A stretch of DNA of 64,000 nucleotides, from NCBI GenBank assembly GCA_041589455.1, contig JBFHVQ010000003.1, forward strand, positions 7,050 through 71,049, written 5' to 3'. Every line of letters begins with the position of its first letter. The first letter of the stretch is position 1. The notes under the pieces were generated by a model, which saw nothing but the letters and a program-made list of their open reading frames with translations, made no database searches and had not been told where the DNA came from. Positions 1-12,769 of the stretch are shown piece by piece. The stretch is from Gammaproteobacteria bacterium (lineage in GTDB: Bacteria; Pseudomonadota; Gammaproteobacteria; SZUA-229). The position numbers and the translations under genes are program-made.

Positions 1-1266
1 CGGAGTTGCACGGAAGATTATTGGTGTTTTATGGCGCCAGCAATGCGGGTAGCTATGTTTAAGTTTTTTATGCTTGAGCAGTGCGCTTTTTTCTTCAAGC
101 ACCTTGATGATTTCATCGTTTGCTTTATTTACATGCAGGCCGGCAAACAGTTCTGTATCAGGTAAGAAAACGCCGTTACTACCTACTGGGTTGTAAACCT
201 CAATGCCATATTTATTGCCCACCGTGTAGTCATCCTGGCCATGTCCGGGGGCGGTGTGAACAGCACCGGTACCGGCGTCAGTAGTTACATGGTCGCCAAG
301 AATGACAGGTACTTGTCGAGAATAAAACGGGTGTTGTAGTAGCTGGTTTTCCAATGCCTCGCCTTTGCATCGGCCGAGAATGGTAAATTTTTCCGCATCG
401 TAACGTTGCAGTGCTACTTCATGTAAAGCATCGGCGAGTAGCAGGTTGATGTCGCCTATGGAGGTGTTGGTTTTTACCAGAACATATTCGAGTTCCGGGT
501 GTAGTGAGACGGCCATATTAGCGGGTAGTGTCCAGGGTGTGGTCGTCCAGATAGCTACGGCCACTGGCAAATTATTATTTTCGACATTACAGGCGTTAAA
601 GAATGCGTCGGCATCTATTGCTTTAAATGCTACGTCGATTGCTGGAGATGTTTTGTCTTCATATTCGACTTCGGCTTCCGCAAGTGCAGACCCGCAGTCA
701 AGGCACCAGTGAACAGGTTTACTGCCTTTGTGTAAGTGGCCCTTGTCGATAATTTTACCCAGTGTGCGAACGATATTTGCTTCTACGTCATAGTTCATGG
801 TGAGGTATGGGTTGTCCCAATCACCGAGAACACCCAGGCGAATAAAATCATCACGTTGTCCATTTACCTGAGTTTGTGCATAGTCACGGCATTTATCTCG
901 AAACACGTGAGCATCAACTTTTTGACCCGGTTTACCGACTTTCTTTTCTACATTGAGTTCGATAGGTAAGCCGTGGCAATCCCAACCAGGAATGTAAGGC
1001 GCATCAAAACCATCCAGTGTACGGCTTTTAATAATGATATCTTTAAGTACTTTATTAACAGCGTGCCCAATATGGATATTGCCGTTTGCATATGGAGGGC
1101 CATCATGCAGAATGAATTTTTCACAGCCTTCACGTGCTTCGCGAATTTTCTGGTAAAGATTTTTTTCCTGCCATTGCTTGAGCATTGCGGGTTCGCGCTG
1201 TGCCAGATTGCCGCGCATTGGGAAATCAGTTGCAGGAAGATTAAGTGTGTCTTTATAGTCGGTCAC
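1..1266 (-). CDS. ileS: Isoleucyl-tRNA synthetase, N-terminal ~420 codons (gene runs off the left edge)
   Basis: Minus-strand translation from GTG at 1266 reads (M)[37 protein letters not shown]...[26 protein letters not shown] (class I HIGH motif)...WDCHGLPIE. It stays open to position 1. It is absent from the ORF track because there is no stop in the window. It lies 16 bp downstream of ribF, the usual ribF-ileS order. Confidence 0.92.
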   Translation of the reverse strand, partial: MTDYKDTLNLPATDFPMRGNLAQREPAMLKQWQEKNLYQKIREAREGCEKFILHDGPPYANGNIHIGHAVNKVLKDIIIKSRTLDGFDAPYIPGWDCHGLPIELNVEKKVGKPGQKVDAHVFRDKCRDYAQTQVNGQRDDFIRLGVLGDWDNPYLTMNYDVEANIVRTLGKIIDKGHLHKGSKPVHWCLDCGSALAEAEVEYEDKTSPAIDVAFKAIDADAFFNACNVENNNLPVAVAIWTTTPWTLPANMAVSLHPELEYVLVKTNTSIGDINLLLADALHEVALQRYDAEKFTILGRCKGEALENQLLQHPFYSRQVPVILGDHVTTDAGTGAVHTAPGHGQDDYTVGNKYGIEVYNPVGSNGVFLPDTELFAGLHVNKANDEIIKVLEEKSALLKHKKLKHSYPHCWRHKTPIIFRATP

Positions 1267-1282
1267 TGTGAATTCACTCGGT

Positions 1283-2215
1283 TCAATTTTTTGAGGCAAA
1301 AAAAAGTTTTGCCTGTTGGCTGTCTTTTTCAATTTGAAGTTTTAATTCGTCGAAGGAATCAAAACGTTTTTCATCTCTAATCTTGTGTTTGAATTCGACA
1401 CAGACCTGTTGCCCATAAAGGTCTGCATTAAAATCAAACAGATGTACTTCAAGTTGCAGGCTATGGCCGTCAACTGTAGGACGTTTGCCTATATTGGCTA
1501 CGCCATTAACAGACAGGTTGTTCTCACCAGTCATGTGTACCGCATAAACGCCATTTACAGCGGTCGAATGGCGATGCAGCTTAATATTGGCAGTTGGAAA
1601 ACCAATGGTTCGGCCTCGCTTGTCGCCATGGGCAATACGGCCACAAATCTGGTAAGGACGTCCCAGCATCTGTGTTGCCAGATCCAGTTTGTCATCAAGT
1701 AACGCTTGTCGAATGGCGGTGCTGCTAATTCGTTGTGATTCATGGCAGTGACTTGGCGAATTAAAAACTTCAAAGCCATATTTTTTACCGGCTTTATTAA
1801 GCATCTCAAAGTCACCGGTACGCTTTTTACCAAAACGGAAGTCATCACCAATCAGTAAGTATTTTACGCCTAGCTGCTTCACCAGTACCTCATCGATAAA
1901 TTGCTCGGCACTAAGGCTGGCAAGGGATGAGTCAAATTTGCAGCACAGGAAGTATTCTATCTGTGCCTGAGCAACGGCACACCATTTTTCTCTCAGGCGG
2001 TACAACCTAGCAGGTGCAGTATCGTGATTAAAATATTCATTAGGCAGTGGTTCAAAGCTCATCATACAAGTGTGTAGCTGACGTTCATGTGCATCTTTTT
2101 TTAATCGATTGAGGATTTCAAGGTGGCCTAAATGGACGCCATCGAAATTACCGATCGTTAGTGCACATCCTCGATGTGACTCAGTCAGGTTGTGTAGTCC
2201 TCTAATGAGTTGCAT
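1283..2215 (-). CDS. ribF: Bifunctional riboflavin kinase / FMN adenylyltransferase
   Basis: 310-aa ORF. The N-terminal nucleotidyltransferase motif is [12 protein letters not shown]. The C-terminal riboflavin kinase region is [11 protein letters not shown]...LEVHLFDF. It sits upstream of ileS. Confidence 0.93.
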   Translation of the reverse strand: MQLIRGLHNLTESHRGCALTIGNFDGVHLGHLEILNRLKKDAHERQLHTCMMSFEPLPNEYFNHDTAPARLYRLREKWCAVAQAQIEYFLCCKFDSSLASLSAEQFIDEVLVKQLGVKYLLIGDDFRFGKKRTGDFEMLNKAGKKYGFEVFNSPSHCHESQRISSTAIRQALLDDKLDLATQMLGRPYQICGRIAHGDKRGRTIGFPTANIKLHRHSTAVNGVYAVHMTGENNLSVNGVANIGKRPTVDGHSLQLEVHLFDFNADLYGQQVCVEFKHKIRDEKRFDSFDELKLQIEKDSQQAKLFFASKN

Positions 2216-2282
2216 TGATAAATCGTGATCCGCGCCAAAAGTGGAGAATTATACCTGATAAACCCCATGCTGTGGGTGTTTG

Positions 2283-3839
2283 CTAGACAGAAGTTGGTTG
2301 AAGTTTCAGGTGTCGGGGGCGCACCCCTAAAATTAACAGGCTGGCGATGTAAATAATTATCGCAATGACTACAAAGCCGAGCAATGTGGGTACCCGCTGT
2401 AATGCTTCCCAGCTATACCAGCTAGCGATGCCAGGGCTGGTCAAGGCCAGAAAGGCGCTCATAATGATGTTAGCGAGAATGATTTGAGCCCAGAGTTTCC
2501 CCCAGCCAGATCCGCATTGATATATACCCTGTGTCTTGAGTCCCCTATATAGCAGGAAAGCATTCATATACGCTGATGCAGAGGTCGCTAAAGCAAGGCC
2601 AATATGTGGGCCTTCATAGCTCATCCAGACGAGAGGGGCTACAAAAAGCACATTTAGGAACATGTTTGCAATCATGGCCTTAATGCCGATGCGAACAGGG
2701 GTTCTAGTATCCTGTCGAGCATAGTAGCCCGGTGCAAGCACCTTGATATAAATAAATGCTGGTAGTCCAAGTGAGTAGGCCATCAGGCTTAAAGCAGAAA
2801 GCTGGGTATCCTTCATTGAGAATTCGCCGTAGCCAAACAGGGTTGCAAGTAGCGGCCCTGATAACAGTAATAAACCTAGCGCGGCAGGCAGAGCAATCAC
2901 GGAGGTTAGCTTAAGCGCCCAGTCCAGTGTCTCGCTAAACTGCTGTGCTGACTCTTGTGCGTGTTGTCTTGAAAGGCTGGGCAGTATCACGGTTGCCAGT
3001 GCGATGCCAAAAATCCCAAGTGGAAACTCCACCAGGCGATCAGAGTAGTAGAGCCATGAGACGCTACCAGCCACCAGGAATGAGGCGATAATGGTATCGA
3101 ACAGTAGATTGATCTGTGCAACTGATGAGCCAATGATTGCTGGAATCATAAGGTTGCTGATTTTGCGTACACCCGGGTGTGAAGGTTTGAATTTTGGCGT
3201 GGGTAGCAATTTAAGCTTTAACAGGAAAGGGAACTGAAACAGTAGTTGTGCCAGACCAGCGGCGGCCACACCCCAGGCAAGCGCCATAATGGGTTGCTGG
3301 AAGTAATCAGCTCCCCATAAAGCAGCAGTTATCAGGCACAGGTTGAGCAGTACCGGCGTGAAGGCGGGTACTGCAAATTTGCCGAAACTATTGAGTATGC
3401 CGCCTGCAAATGCAGTCAGAGCGATAAAAAATATATAAGGGAAGGTAATTGCTAACAGTTCGGAAGTTAGCTGGAACCGGCTTTCATCGCTAAAACCAGG
3501 AGCGAAAACATAGACCAGTAATGGTGCTGCGAGTGAGCCGATGGCACTAAGAATGAGCAGGAAGCCGCCCAGTGTTCCTGCGACATGATTTAACAGATCT
3601 TTTAGCGCTTCATAGCTGTGTTTTTCTTTATATTCGGCAAAAACTGGAACGAAAGCTTGAGAGAATGCACCTTCGGCAAAAAGTCGGCGCATAAAGTTGG
3701 GGATTTTAAAGGCGACAAAAAAGGCATCGGTACCGCCGCTGGCACCAAAGGTATGGGCAAGTATGATATCACGTAGTAGCCCGAGAACACGCGAAAGCAG
3801 GGTCATCAGACCGACAATGGCCGTGGATTTAAGTAGCAT
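2283..3839 (-). CDS. murJ: Lipid II flippase MurJ (MviN)
   Basis: 518-aa polytopic membrane ORF with the characteristic N-terminus LSRVLGLLRDIILAHTFGASGGTDAFFVAFKIPNFMRRLFAEGAFSQAFVPV. murJ-ribF-ileS synteny. Confidence 0.92.
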   Translation of the reverse strand: MLLKSTAIVGLMTLLSRVLGLLRDIILAHTFGASGGTDAFFVAFKIPNFMRRLFAEGAFSQAFVPVFAEYKEKHSYEALKDLLNHVAGTLGGFLLILSAIGSLAAPLLVYVFAPGFSDESRFQLTSELLAITFPYIFFIALTAFAGGILNSFGKFAVPAFTPVLLNLCLITAALWGADYFQQPIMALAWGVAAAGLAQLLFQFPFLLKLKLLPTPKFKPSHPGVRKISNLMIPAIIGSSVAQINLLFDTIIASFLVAGSVSWLYYSDRLVEFPLGIFGIALATVILPSLSRQHAQESAQQFSETLDWALKLTSVIALPAALGLLLLSGPLLATLFGYGEFSMKDTQLSALSLMAYSLGLPAFIYIKVLAPGYYARQDTRTPVRIGIKAMIANMFLNVLFVAPLVWMSYEGPHIGLALATSASAYMNAFLLYRGLKTQGIYQCGSGWGKLWAQIILANIIMSAFLALTSPGIASWYSWEALQRVPTLLGFVVIAIIIYIASLLILGVRPRHLKLQPTSV

Positions 3840-3882
3840 GAGCCTGTAGATGGTGTCTCATTATAATTACAGGTGACATAGT

Positions 3883-4548
3883 CTAATCATCTAGGCCTTG
3901 CACAATTTGTTCGTAGACATAGGCGGTAATGATCAGTTTTTGTTCTTCTGTTAACTCAAGAAACTCTACGCCATATTTGTTATCTGCACTAGATGACTCA
4001 TCCCGATCTTGCGGAGTGGATACGTTACGGATGGCGGCCTTAACACGCAGGTATTTTTTGATATTAGTGACTTCCAGTTCCATTGAAATGGTCACGGTAT
4101 CTTCGGTGGTGCCTAGCTCTTCTCTTGACTGAAGTAATGCGCCAGTGGCGCTGGTATTGAGCATGGAGGCAGAAATGTTGTCATTAAGTGTTGTCCCTGA
4201 TATCGAAACGCGAGTTTCTGTTTCTACGCGTCGTGAGCCGCGTACGGTTATGCACTCGACGTCTGAGGGGTGTCTCAGGTGAACATGGGGGTATGGCATG
4301 CTAAAAGACTTAATTACTGAGGACTCGAAGCCATAGACGTTGTTGCCCTGTAACATGCGTATAATGAATGGCTGGTTGTCTTTGAGGAAAGTCACTCTAC
4401 CCTGATTACTGGGTGCAGTAATAATCAGGCTTTTACCTGGGTTGTGCCCTATAATGCGAGCGTTGAGTCGTTCGCGACCGTCTTCCGGGACAAACTGTAG
4501 TTGTACAGGGTCGCCCAGATTGACGCGGAAATCTTTTTTATCTGCCAT
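3883..4548 (-). CDS. PilZ-domain c-di-GMP binding protein (YcgR-like: N-terminal PilZN-type domain plus C-terminal PilZ)
   Basis: 221-aa ORF. The PilZ signature pair is present as RGSRR (RxxxR) followed ~25 aa later by NTSATG (D/NxSxxG). Confidence 0.7.
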   Translation of the reverse strand: MADKKDFRVNLGDPVQLQFVPEDGRERLNARIIGHNPGKSLIITAPSNQGRVTFLKDNQPFIIRMLQGNNVYGFESSVIKSFSMPYPHVHLRHPSDVECITVRGSRRVETETRVSISGTTLNDNISASMLNTSATGALLQSREELGTTEDTVTISMELEVTNIKKYLRVKAAIRNVSTPQDRDESSSADNKYGVEFLELTEEQKLIITAYVYEQIVQGLDD

Positions 4549-4718
4549 GGCTTATTATTAGTTGTTATCAGCGTGTAGTCTACTTCATCTTACGGTGTTT
4601 TATAGATCTGAGTGGCAATTATTTACGTTGTGAGGCTATAGGGCTTGACAAAAGCCCTATAAACTGGAAAAATCTGCGCCCCTGTAAAACAGTTTTGAAT
4701 TTTTTAGGAACCAATACA

Positions 4719-4982
4719 TTGGCTAACTCACCACAAGCAAAAAAACGTGCCCGTCAGGCAGTTAAGCGTCGTGCCCGCAATGTCGGTATGGCATCTATGT
4801 ACCGAACTTTTGTAAAGAAAGTGGTATACGCAATCGAAGCTGGTGATAAAGCCGCTGCAGAGGCTGCATACAAAGCAGCAGTGCCTGTAATCGACAGTGT
4901 TTGCAATAAAGGTCTGGTTCATGCGAACAAGGCTGCACGTCATAAGAGTCGTCTGAACTCTCGAATTCGTGCGATGGCATAA
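4719..4982 (+). CDS. rpsT: 30S ribosomal protein S20
   Basis: Translation ANSPQAKKRARQAVKRRARN...HKSRLNSRIRA. I prefer the in-frame TTG at 4719 to the ORF-track start at 4695, because it gives the usual ~87 aa; E. coli rpsT also starts with UUG. Confidence 0.9.
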   Translation: MANSPQAKKRARQAVKRRARNVGMASMYRTFVKKVVYAIEAGDKAAAEAAYKAAVPVIDSVCNKGLVHANKAARHKSRLNSRIRAMA

Positions 4983-5034
4983 GCATCGGCCTGAATTATC
5001 AGTAATACCTGCTCTCGTATGTATTAGGGGGCAT

Positions 5035-5073
5035 AAAAAAACCGGCTCGTGATTGTACGATGCCGGTTTTTTT
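5035..5073. terminator. Bidirectional rho-independent terminator between convergent rpsT and proB
   Basis: AAAAAAACCGGC-(15-nt loop)-GCCGGTTTTTTT. The stem is flanked by an A-run on one side and a T-run on the other, so it can terminate both strands. Confidence 0.75.
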
Positions 5074-5104
5074 ATGCCTGAATTTTATCTGGTCGCTAAA
5101 AATC

Positions 5105-7253
<2,149 letters not shown>

Positions 7254-7360
7254 TTAATAATGTAATGTCGCAGTAATTTGATACTGCGGCGCTGGACGCG
7301 GTTGCGTGCCTAATTTACCAATTTTGTGGCGTTGTGTCTCGGTGAGTCGATTGGTTCAAC

Positions 7361-7393
7361 AAAAAAAGCCCCGTCCGGAGACGAGGCTTTTTG
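7361..7393 (-). terminator. Rho-independent terminator or attenuator between rpmA and obg
   Basis: The minus strand reads AGCCTCGTC-TCCG-GACGGGGCT followed by TTTTTTTG, about 25 nt after the rpmA stop. Confidence 0.7.
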
Positions 7394-7416
7394 AGTTCTC
7401 GCTAAAGCCGGAAGCT

Positions 7417-7674
7417 TTATGCAGCAACAACACTCACAGTCTTGCGGTTTTTAGGACCTTTGGTCTCAAATACCACTTGACCGTCTGCTTTCGCAAACAG
7501 CGTGTGATCGCGGCCGATGCCCACGTTGTTGCCTGGATGGAATTTAGTACCACGCTGGCGTACCAGAATGTTACCAGCCAGAACAGCCTGACCACCAAAC
7601 ATTTTAACGCCAAGGCGTTTACTTTCTGACTCGCGACCGTTACGCGTACTACCGGCGGCTTTTTTATGTGCCAT
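7417..7674 (-). CDS. rpmA: 50S ribosomal protein L27
   Basis: 85-aa [24 protein letters not shown]... matches the canonical L27 sequence. Confidence 0.97.
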   Translation of the reverse strand: MAHKKAAGSTRNGRESESKRLGVKMFGGQAVLAGNILVRQRGTKFHPGNNVGIGRDHTLFAKADGQVVFETKGPKNRKTVSVVAA

Positions 7675-7700
7675 TAGAGTATCCTCTTGTTAACAGGTGA

Positions 7701-8012
7701 CTAGCCGTTGATGCCAGTTACTTCAATCTCAGTATAGTACTGACGATGACCTGTGCGTTTCTGATGATGTTTACGACGACGGAACTTCATGATCTCAACT
7801 TTCTTATGACGACCATGAGATTTGATAGTGGCAGTTACCTTGCCGCCGTCTACCATTGGGCTACCAATTTTCAGTTTGTCGCCATCAGCGATCATAAGAA
7901 CCTGGTCTAGCTCAACAGTGTCACCCTCGTTTCCTTCAAGCTTTTCAACTTTCAGGTATTCACCCTGGGTAACTTTGTATTGTTTACCACCGGTTTTGAC
8001 TACAGCGTACAT
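7701..8012 (-). CDS. rplU: 50S ribosomal protein L21
   Basis: [14 protein letters not shown]... I use the ATG at 8012, which is preceded by GGGAG, instead of the ORF-track start at 8042. Confidence 0.95.
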   Translation of the reverse strand: MYAVVKTGGKQYKVTQGEYLKVEKLEGNEGDTVELDQVLMIADGDKLKIGSPMVDGGKVTATIKSHGRHKKVEIMKFRRRKHHQKRTGHRQYYTEIEVTGING

Positions 8013-8234
8013 ACCGGACAACTCCCAATAAATTACGTACAAAAAATTCTGTTTTCGGAAAGGGCGGGAATTGTAGCGATTTACGGGCCTCGCTACAAGT
8101 GTTTATGCGCTTTGTTTCAGTATTTATTCGTGAAAACGACAAAAAAAGCGCTAATTGGGGTGTTCAACTTGTGACTTTATCAATCATACACCATAATTCG
8201 CAGCTTCTAATATAGCAAATGTACCCCTTGAAAC

Positions 8235-9203
8235 ATGCAAGTAGACTCAATAAAAGCACTGGTTGCCGACGATATGAAGGCCGTAGATGTGGTGATTCAG
8301 CAGCGACTCGCCTCAGATGTGGTGCTGGTCAATCAGCTCAGTCACTATATTGTAAATTCGGGCGGTAAGCGATTAAGACCGCTGTTGAGTTTGATGTCAT
8401 CCAGGGCTTATGGTTATGAGGGAGAGCATCATCATACCCTGGCGGCAATTATTGAGTTTATCCACACGGCGACCTTGCTACATGATGATGTGGTGGATGA
8501 ATCTGAGCTTCGCAGAGGTCGAGAGACTGCCAATGCGTTATTTGGTAATGCGGCGAGCGTACTGGTGGGGGATTTTCTCTATTCCCGAGCTTTCGAGATG
8601 ATGGTAGATGTGGGCAGTATGAAAATCATGCAGATTCTCGCAGAAACCACCAATGTGATAGCCGAAGGCGAGGTCATGCAACTAATGAACTGCCATGATG
8701 CGGATACCACCGAGCAGCGCTATCTGGATGTAATTCATGCCAAAACCGCCAAGCTATTTGAGGCGGCAACCCGTCTGGGTGCCGTGCTCTGTCAGCGCCC
8801 TGAGGAAGAAGAGGTTGCCATGGCTTCATATGGTATGCACTTGGGGACGGCATTCCAGCTTATTGATGATGTACTTGATTACAGCTCCAATAGCGAAGAA
8901 ATGGGCAAGAATGTAGGAGATGATCTGGCAGAAGGTAAGCCTACCCTGCCACTTATCTATGCCATGCGTAATGGCACGCCGGAACAGTCAGCGATTGTGA
9001 GAAAAGCTATCGAGGAAGGTGGTCTGCAATACCTGGATGAAGTTATGGAAGCAATCCGCCAGACTGGGGCGATTGAGTACACAGAGAAAACCGCGAAAAA
9101 TGAAGCGGAACTGGCCATTTCTCAATTGAGTCATTTGCCGGAATCGGACTATCGGCAGGCGCTTGAAGATCTGGCACGTTATTCGGTTGATCGTTCGTTC
9201 TAG
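8235..9203 (+). CDS. ispB: Octaprenyl-diphosphate synthase (trans-polyprenyl diphosphate synthase)
   Basis: 322-aa ORF with both Asp-rich motifs (LLHDDVVDES and FQLIDDVLDY). It is divergent from rplU, as in many gammaproteobacteria. Confidence 0.9.
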   Translation: MQVDSIKALVADDMKAVDVVIQQRLASDVVLVNQLSHYIVNSGGKRLRPLLSLMSSRAYGYEGEHHHTLAAIIEFIHTATLLHDDVVDESELRRGRETANALFGNAASVLVGDFLYSRAFEMMVDVGSMKIMQILAETTNVIAEGEVMQLMNCHDADTTEQRYLDVIHAKTAKLFEAATRLGAVLCQRPEEEEVAMASYGMHLGTAFQLIDDVLDYSSNSEEMGKNVGDDLAEGKPTLPLIYAMRNGTPEQSAIVRKAIEEGGLQYLDEVMEAIRQTGAIEYTEKTAKNEAELAISQLSHLPESDYRQALEDLARYSVDRSF

Positions 9204-9218
9204 TTCAAGTTTTTAGAA

Positions 9219-9791
9219 TTAGAAGCTCAGGCTTTGATAACGAGATATTTTAAGTTCAGGGCTCCAGTGATGCTCACTAAGTCCTGCTTTACGTTTCAGG
9301 TTTTTCAGAAAATTTTCCGGCTCCGGTAACTGTTCCCAGACTGAGGGTAGAAAAGTGCCCTTGTGATAGTCATCTTCCAGAATTAAGCCATCTACCCCGG
9401 GCTTTAGTTGTTTTAGCAGATCCGCCTCGTCAGTAAATGACATTGGTTCAGCTTGCGTAAGAATTGAAATGTGGATATCAAGCAGTGGCGCTTCACTCTC
9501 ACTGACTGGCGCAAAGCGCGGGTCCTTGAATGCAGCATCATAAGCATGCTGAGCGACGTCTGTTACTAAGGGTTGGTAGGCCTGCAAGGTTCCAATACAG
9601 CCACGCAGTTGATGGTCGAGATTGAGGGTAACAAAGCTGGCGGCATCTGCCTGCAATATCTCGGCAAACTCTTCAGGATTAACGGCTAATGGCTGATTGT
9701 ACAGTAGGCCATGCTGTATCGACTGGCGCGCAATATTTTTAAGCGTGTGTTTGTCCTGCTCGCTGAGGTTAGTGGACTGCATAAGCGCCAT
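9219..9791 (-). CDS. amrA: AMMECR1-domain protein (AmmeMemoRadiSam system protein A)
   Basis: AMMECR1-type core ...LRGCIGTLQAYQPL...AAFKDPRFAPV... I chose the start at Met19 of the track ORF (9791); it overlaps the stop of the upstream Memo-like gene. It is clustered with the Memo-like and radical SAM genes. Confidence 0.8.
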   Translation of the reverse strand: MALMQSTNLSEQDKHTLKNIARQSIQHGLLYNQPLAVNPEEFAEILQADAASFVTLNLDHQLRGCIGTLQAYQPLVTDVAQHAYDAAFKDPRFAPVSESEAPLLDIHISILTQAEPMSFTDEADLLKQLKPGVDGLILEDDYHKGTFLPSVWEQLPEPENFLKNLKRKAGLSEHHWSPELKISRYQSLSF

Positions 9792-10569
9792 ACCCAACAA
9801 CCCTGTCTTTGCTGCCAGCAGTGTCACCGGAGTTACGCAAATCAAGTGTATTGATAGATAAATTTTTCTTTATGGCTAAAGTGAGTAAGCCGTTTAAAGG
9901 GTTGCGACCGCAGGCATTATCATAGTGTATCTGTTCGGGGTGAAGCTGCTCGATTGCAGTGGAGGTTTGTCTATCTATTTTCTGAGCAATTTCGTAGTGG
10001 TTGTAGTGGCTTAGATCGGTGCTGATCACCACAAGGGTATCATCCCTGTTCCAGACTGTTTCCAGTAGTTCGGCAACAGCTTCTGCTGGGCACTCGCCAA
10101 CCACCAGTGGAATGAGCTGGAAGTCGTGCAGAATGGATTGCAAAAATGGCAGCTGGACTTCAAGTGAATGTTCCTGTTGATGGGCTTCGTAGCTTGGCGT
10201 GACAAAAGGGAGTGATTCAAATTGCTGACAAAGCTGGGTGTTGATTTTAATGGTGCCTAATGGTGTTTCAAAATAATCAGCATCCGGAGTCGCGATGCCT
10301 CTGAGGGGGACGCGATGTGAGGGGCCTAACAAGACAACTTGCTTAATCTTATCTGCAACCGGCAGGATCTGTTTATATGCGCTGGCGGCGATTGGGCCAG
10401 AGTATATATAACCGGCGTGAGGTGCAATAATCGCCAGAGGTGGCGTGTCCTGTGGTTCAGGTGCTTGTTGTAGGTAGTTCTGGATGCTGGCTTTTAATTC
10501 CGATGGGCTGTCTGGATAAAACAGGCCCGCTACGGCAGCAGGACGTATGCGATTATGTGTATGTGACAT
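9769..10569 (-). CDS. amrB: Memo-like protein (AmmeMemoRadiSam system protein B)
   Basis: MSHTHNRIRPAAVAGLFYP...IIAPHAGYIYSGPIAA...LGPSH...STDLSHY resembles the MEMO1 family. The start at 10569 is an internal Met of the track ORF and gives ~266 aa. Confidence 0.8.
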   Translation of the reverse strand: MSHTHNRIRPAAVAGLFYPDSPSELKASIQNYLQQAPEPQDTPPLAIIAPHAGYIYSGPIAASAYKQILPVADKIKQVVLLGPSHRVPLRGIATPDADYFETPLGTIKINTQLCQQFESLPFVTPSYEAHQQEHSLEVQLPFLQSILHDFQLIPLVVGECPAEAVAELLETVWNRDDTLVVISTDLSHYNHYEIAQKIDRQTSTAIEQLHPEQIHYDNACGRNPLNGLLTLAIKKNLSINTLDLRNSGDTAGSKDRVVGYGAYAVH

Positions 10570-10639
10570 AGCCTTAATCCCGATGTGGAGTACTATAGTT
10601 ATATCATAGACTTTGTTGTGAAACACGGGGAGGTTGATG

Positions 10640-11725
10640 ATGGATAAGCATACTGTCAGTACAAAATACTGGCATAAACTGGACGATGGCCGAATACAGT
10701 GTGATCTGTGTCCTCGCTACTGTAAATTGAAAGAGGGGCAGCGAGGCCTGTGTTTTGTGCGAGCCAACCAGGAAGAGCAGATCGTGATGACGTCCTATGG
10801 TCGGTCTAGCGGCTTTTGCATCGACCCCATTGAAAAGAAACCGCTGAATCACTTTCTACCGGGAACGCCGGTGCTTTCTTTTGGAACAGCGGGCTGTAAT
10901 CTGGCGTGTAAATTTTGCCAGAACTGGGATATGAGTAAGTCTCGTGAAATGGACACACTTGCTTCACAAGCAAGCCCGCAGACAATCGCGAAAACCGCGC
11001 TTCAGCATAATTGCAGAAGTGTGGCCTATACCTATAACGATCCGGTGATATTTCACGAATATGCGTTAGATGTGGCCGTTGCCTGTCATGAGGAAGGGAT
11101 CAAGTCAGTTGCGGTGACCGCAGGCTATATCTGTGAGGAGCCAAGAATTGAGTTTTTTAATGCGATCGATGCCGCGAACGTCGATTTAAAGGCGTTTACT
11201 GAAGACTTTTACTTCAAGTTGACTGGCGGGCACTTACAGCCTGTACTGGACACCCTGGTTTATCTGAAGCATCACACCAGTGTCTGGTTTGAGATCACCA
11301 CGCTACTGATTCCGGGCAAAAATGACAGTGATAATGAATTACACGAGATGAGTGAGTGGATTATGGAAAATCTTGGGCCGGATGTGCCGCTGCATTTTAC
11401 CGCCTTCCATCCTGACTGGAAGATGACAGATATTGAGCCGACACCTTCATCTACTCTTACCAGGGCAAGAAATATCGCAATGAAATCAGGCTTGCGCTAT
11501 GTGTATACAGGAAATGTGCATGATGCTGAAGGAAGTAGCAGCTACTGTCATAGTTGTGGGCATTTGCTGATAGAGAGAGACTGGTATCAGCTGGGTCGCT
11601 GGGGGCTTGATAAGAATGGCTGTTGTGAAGCCTGTGGAAGTGAGTTTCCCGGTCTCATTGAGGCTAAGCACGGTAACTGGGGTGCGCGGCGAGAACCGTT
11701 ATTTATCAATGATAATTCGGCGTAA
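10640..11725 (+). CDS. amrS: AmmeMemoRadiSam system radical SAM enzyme
   Basis: Radical SAM CxxxCxxC motif (CNLACKFCQNW). N-terminal Cys cluster CDLCPRYC and C-terminal CHSC...CEAC pairs. SD GGGGAGG at 10627-10633. The start is ambiguous among 10634, 10637 and 10640. Confidence 0.85.
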   Translation: MDKHTVSTKYWHKLDDGRIQCDLCPRYCKLKEGQRGLCFVRANQEEQIVMTSYGRSSGFCIDPIEKKPLNHFLPGTPVLSFGTAGCNLACKFCQNWDMSKSREMDTLASQASPQTIAKTALQHNCRSVAYTYNDPVIFHEYALDVAVACHEEGIKSVAVTAGYICEEPRIEFFNAIDAANVDLKAFTEDFYFKLTGGHLQPVLDTLVYLKHHTSVWFEITTLLIPGKNDSDNELHEMSEWIMENLGPDVPLHFTAFHPDWKMTDIEPTPSSTLTRARNIAMKSGLRYVYTGNVHDAEGSSSYCHSCGHLLIERDWYQLGRWGLDKNGCCEACGSEFPGLIEAKHGNWGARREPLFINDNSA

Positions 11726-11755
11726 ATAGGTTATTCTTAGGGTAGATCAAATTAA

Positions 11756-12463
<708 letters not shown>

Positions 12464-12479
12464 CATAGAGGTAAGATAA

Positions 12480-12740
12480 ATGGCACGTTTAACAGTTGAA
12501 GATTGTTTGCCAAATGTAGACAACCGTTTCCATCTGGTGCTGGTTGCATCAAAGCGAGCGCGTCAGATTGCAATGGGTTCAGATCCACTGGTCAGCATCG
12601 ATAATGATAAGCCTACAGTGCTAGCATTGCGCGAGATCTCTGAGGGTCTGGTTGGTCCAGAAATTCTTGATCAGAAATCTGAAGAATTAAACATGATGCC
12701 GGCCGCGATTTCTCAGGAAGAAATTAGTCAGGAAATGTAA
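12480..12740 (+). CDS. rpoZ: RNA polymerase omega subunit
   Basis: [30 protein letters not shown] matches the canonical RpoZ N-terminus. Confidence 0.95.
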   Translation: MARLTVEDCLPNVDNRFHLVLVASKRARQIAMGSDPLVSIDNDKPTVLALREISEGLVGPEILDQKSEELNMMPAAISQEEISQEM

Positions 12741-12769
12741 GTAATTTATCTACTTTGACAGGTAATCAA

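Noticed and set aside
446-1380. Plus-strand ORFs 446-712, 736-969 and 973-1380, and the minus-strand ORF 948-1133
   Set aside because: All overlap the ileS coding frame (minus strand), which translates into an unmistakable IleRS N-terminus. They appear in the track only because ileS itself has no stop in the window.
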